A DNA stretch of 64,000 bases, from NCBI GenBank assembly GCA_977016875.1, contig CDRNST010000073.1:248001-312000 (forward strand). Direction: 5' to 3'. Below are positions 63,307-64,000 of the stretch, in pieces (the first letter of the stretch is position 1; each line of letters starts with the position of its first letter). Position numbers and translations under genes: made by a program. The stretch comes from Pavona decussata (Eukaryota). Under the pieces are notes generated by a model that made no database searches, was not told the origin of the DNA, and saw nothing but the letters and a program-made list of their open reading frames with translations.

Positions 63307-64000
63307 GCAAGTTAATTTATCTTCTTTTAGATTTTAACTAACCTTGCCCATATCTATATATTACAGTGCTGTATAAAGGTTTTGATGTCATATGTCAAAC
63401 ATGATTTTTTTGAATGCTTCAGAGGTTCGAACATAGGGAAATGTGCTGAAATAACTAGGCGCACCCAGGTTTTCTTCAAGTGGAATTTTATACCCAATGA
63501 AAATCTCTCAAGAATTTTTTAGATATAGCTTCCCGACCTATTGAAGAGGGTGTCTGGGACATAATATACTGCAGTCATCATGTTTTATGATGTGATGTGA
63601 GCGTCTCGATGTCAAGATCATCGCGTCTTGGAGATTTAAGGAGAATCCTAAATTGTAAACTAGACAATGCAATACAGTTCATTTCGATCCAGAGTACTGC
63701 CCCCTCTCACCCGCCATACCTAATAACAACAATTATACACCAAACAAACTGGTTACCTTTTAGGACTAAGTTACACTTTTTCAGTCGGTAAATCTACAGA
63801 TAACAACAAGACTCAAACCTACGACCTTCCGATTCGACTATTTTGAGTGTTGCTGAGTTACAGAAACTCATATGAGCTAGGCTTGTGTGAAAAATCTCCT
63901 GTATGCTGCTTGGATTTGATAATTGAGTAAGTGACATATGTGAAATGATTGAGATGCTAATTACAGGACCCTAGTTTAATGGCCTAGCTGACAAGTCAAC

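Larger units (their letters stand above)
57634..63870 (+). repeat. Recent intragenic tandem duplication (unit A about 57634-60110, unit B about 60789-63870)
   Basis: 57634-58235 matches 60789-61391; 58236-58650 matches 62740-63119; 59208-60110 matches 63123-63865. Confidence 0.9.

Overview
AT-rich, intron-rich animal genomic DNA. The repeat families and gene types suggest a cnidarian, probably a stony coral (inference). Two assembly gaps lie at 13938-14466 and 44076-44348. By manual splicing I reconstruct: (1) a cluster of nicotinic-type Cys-loop channel subunits, made of exon 1 of a paralogue running off the left edge, a complete 463-aa gene on the minus strand (21713-9876) and a complete 516-aa gene head-to-head on the plus strand (27448-36102). 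Both complete genes keep a cation-type M2 pore but have lost the vicinal cysteines and most acetylcholine-binding aromatic residues. (2) An atypical class A GPCR with a single coding exon and DRY replaced by CQY. (3) A secreted 311-aa sushi + linker + F5/8C (discoidin) gene on the minus strand. (4) A divergently transcribed multi-sushi gene whose exons appear to be duplicated, split and reshuffled. Non-coding DNA is dense with TTAA-, TA- and TTA-flanked MITEs, a 1.74-kb foldback element with a 7-bp target duplication, L2, RLE-LINE and Penelope relics, a 54-bp satellite and several hammerhead-ribozyme motifs. Two of these are inverted hammerhead pairs, one with a compensatory U3-A8 core. All coordinates and translations were read by eye; no database searches were run.
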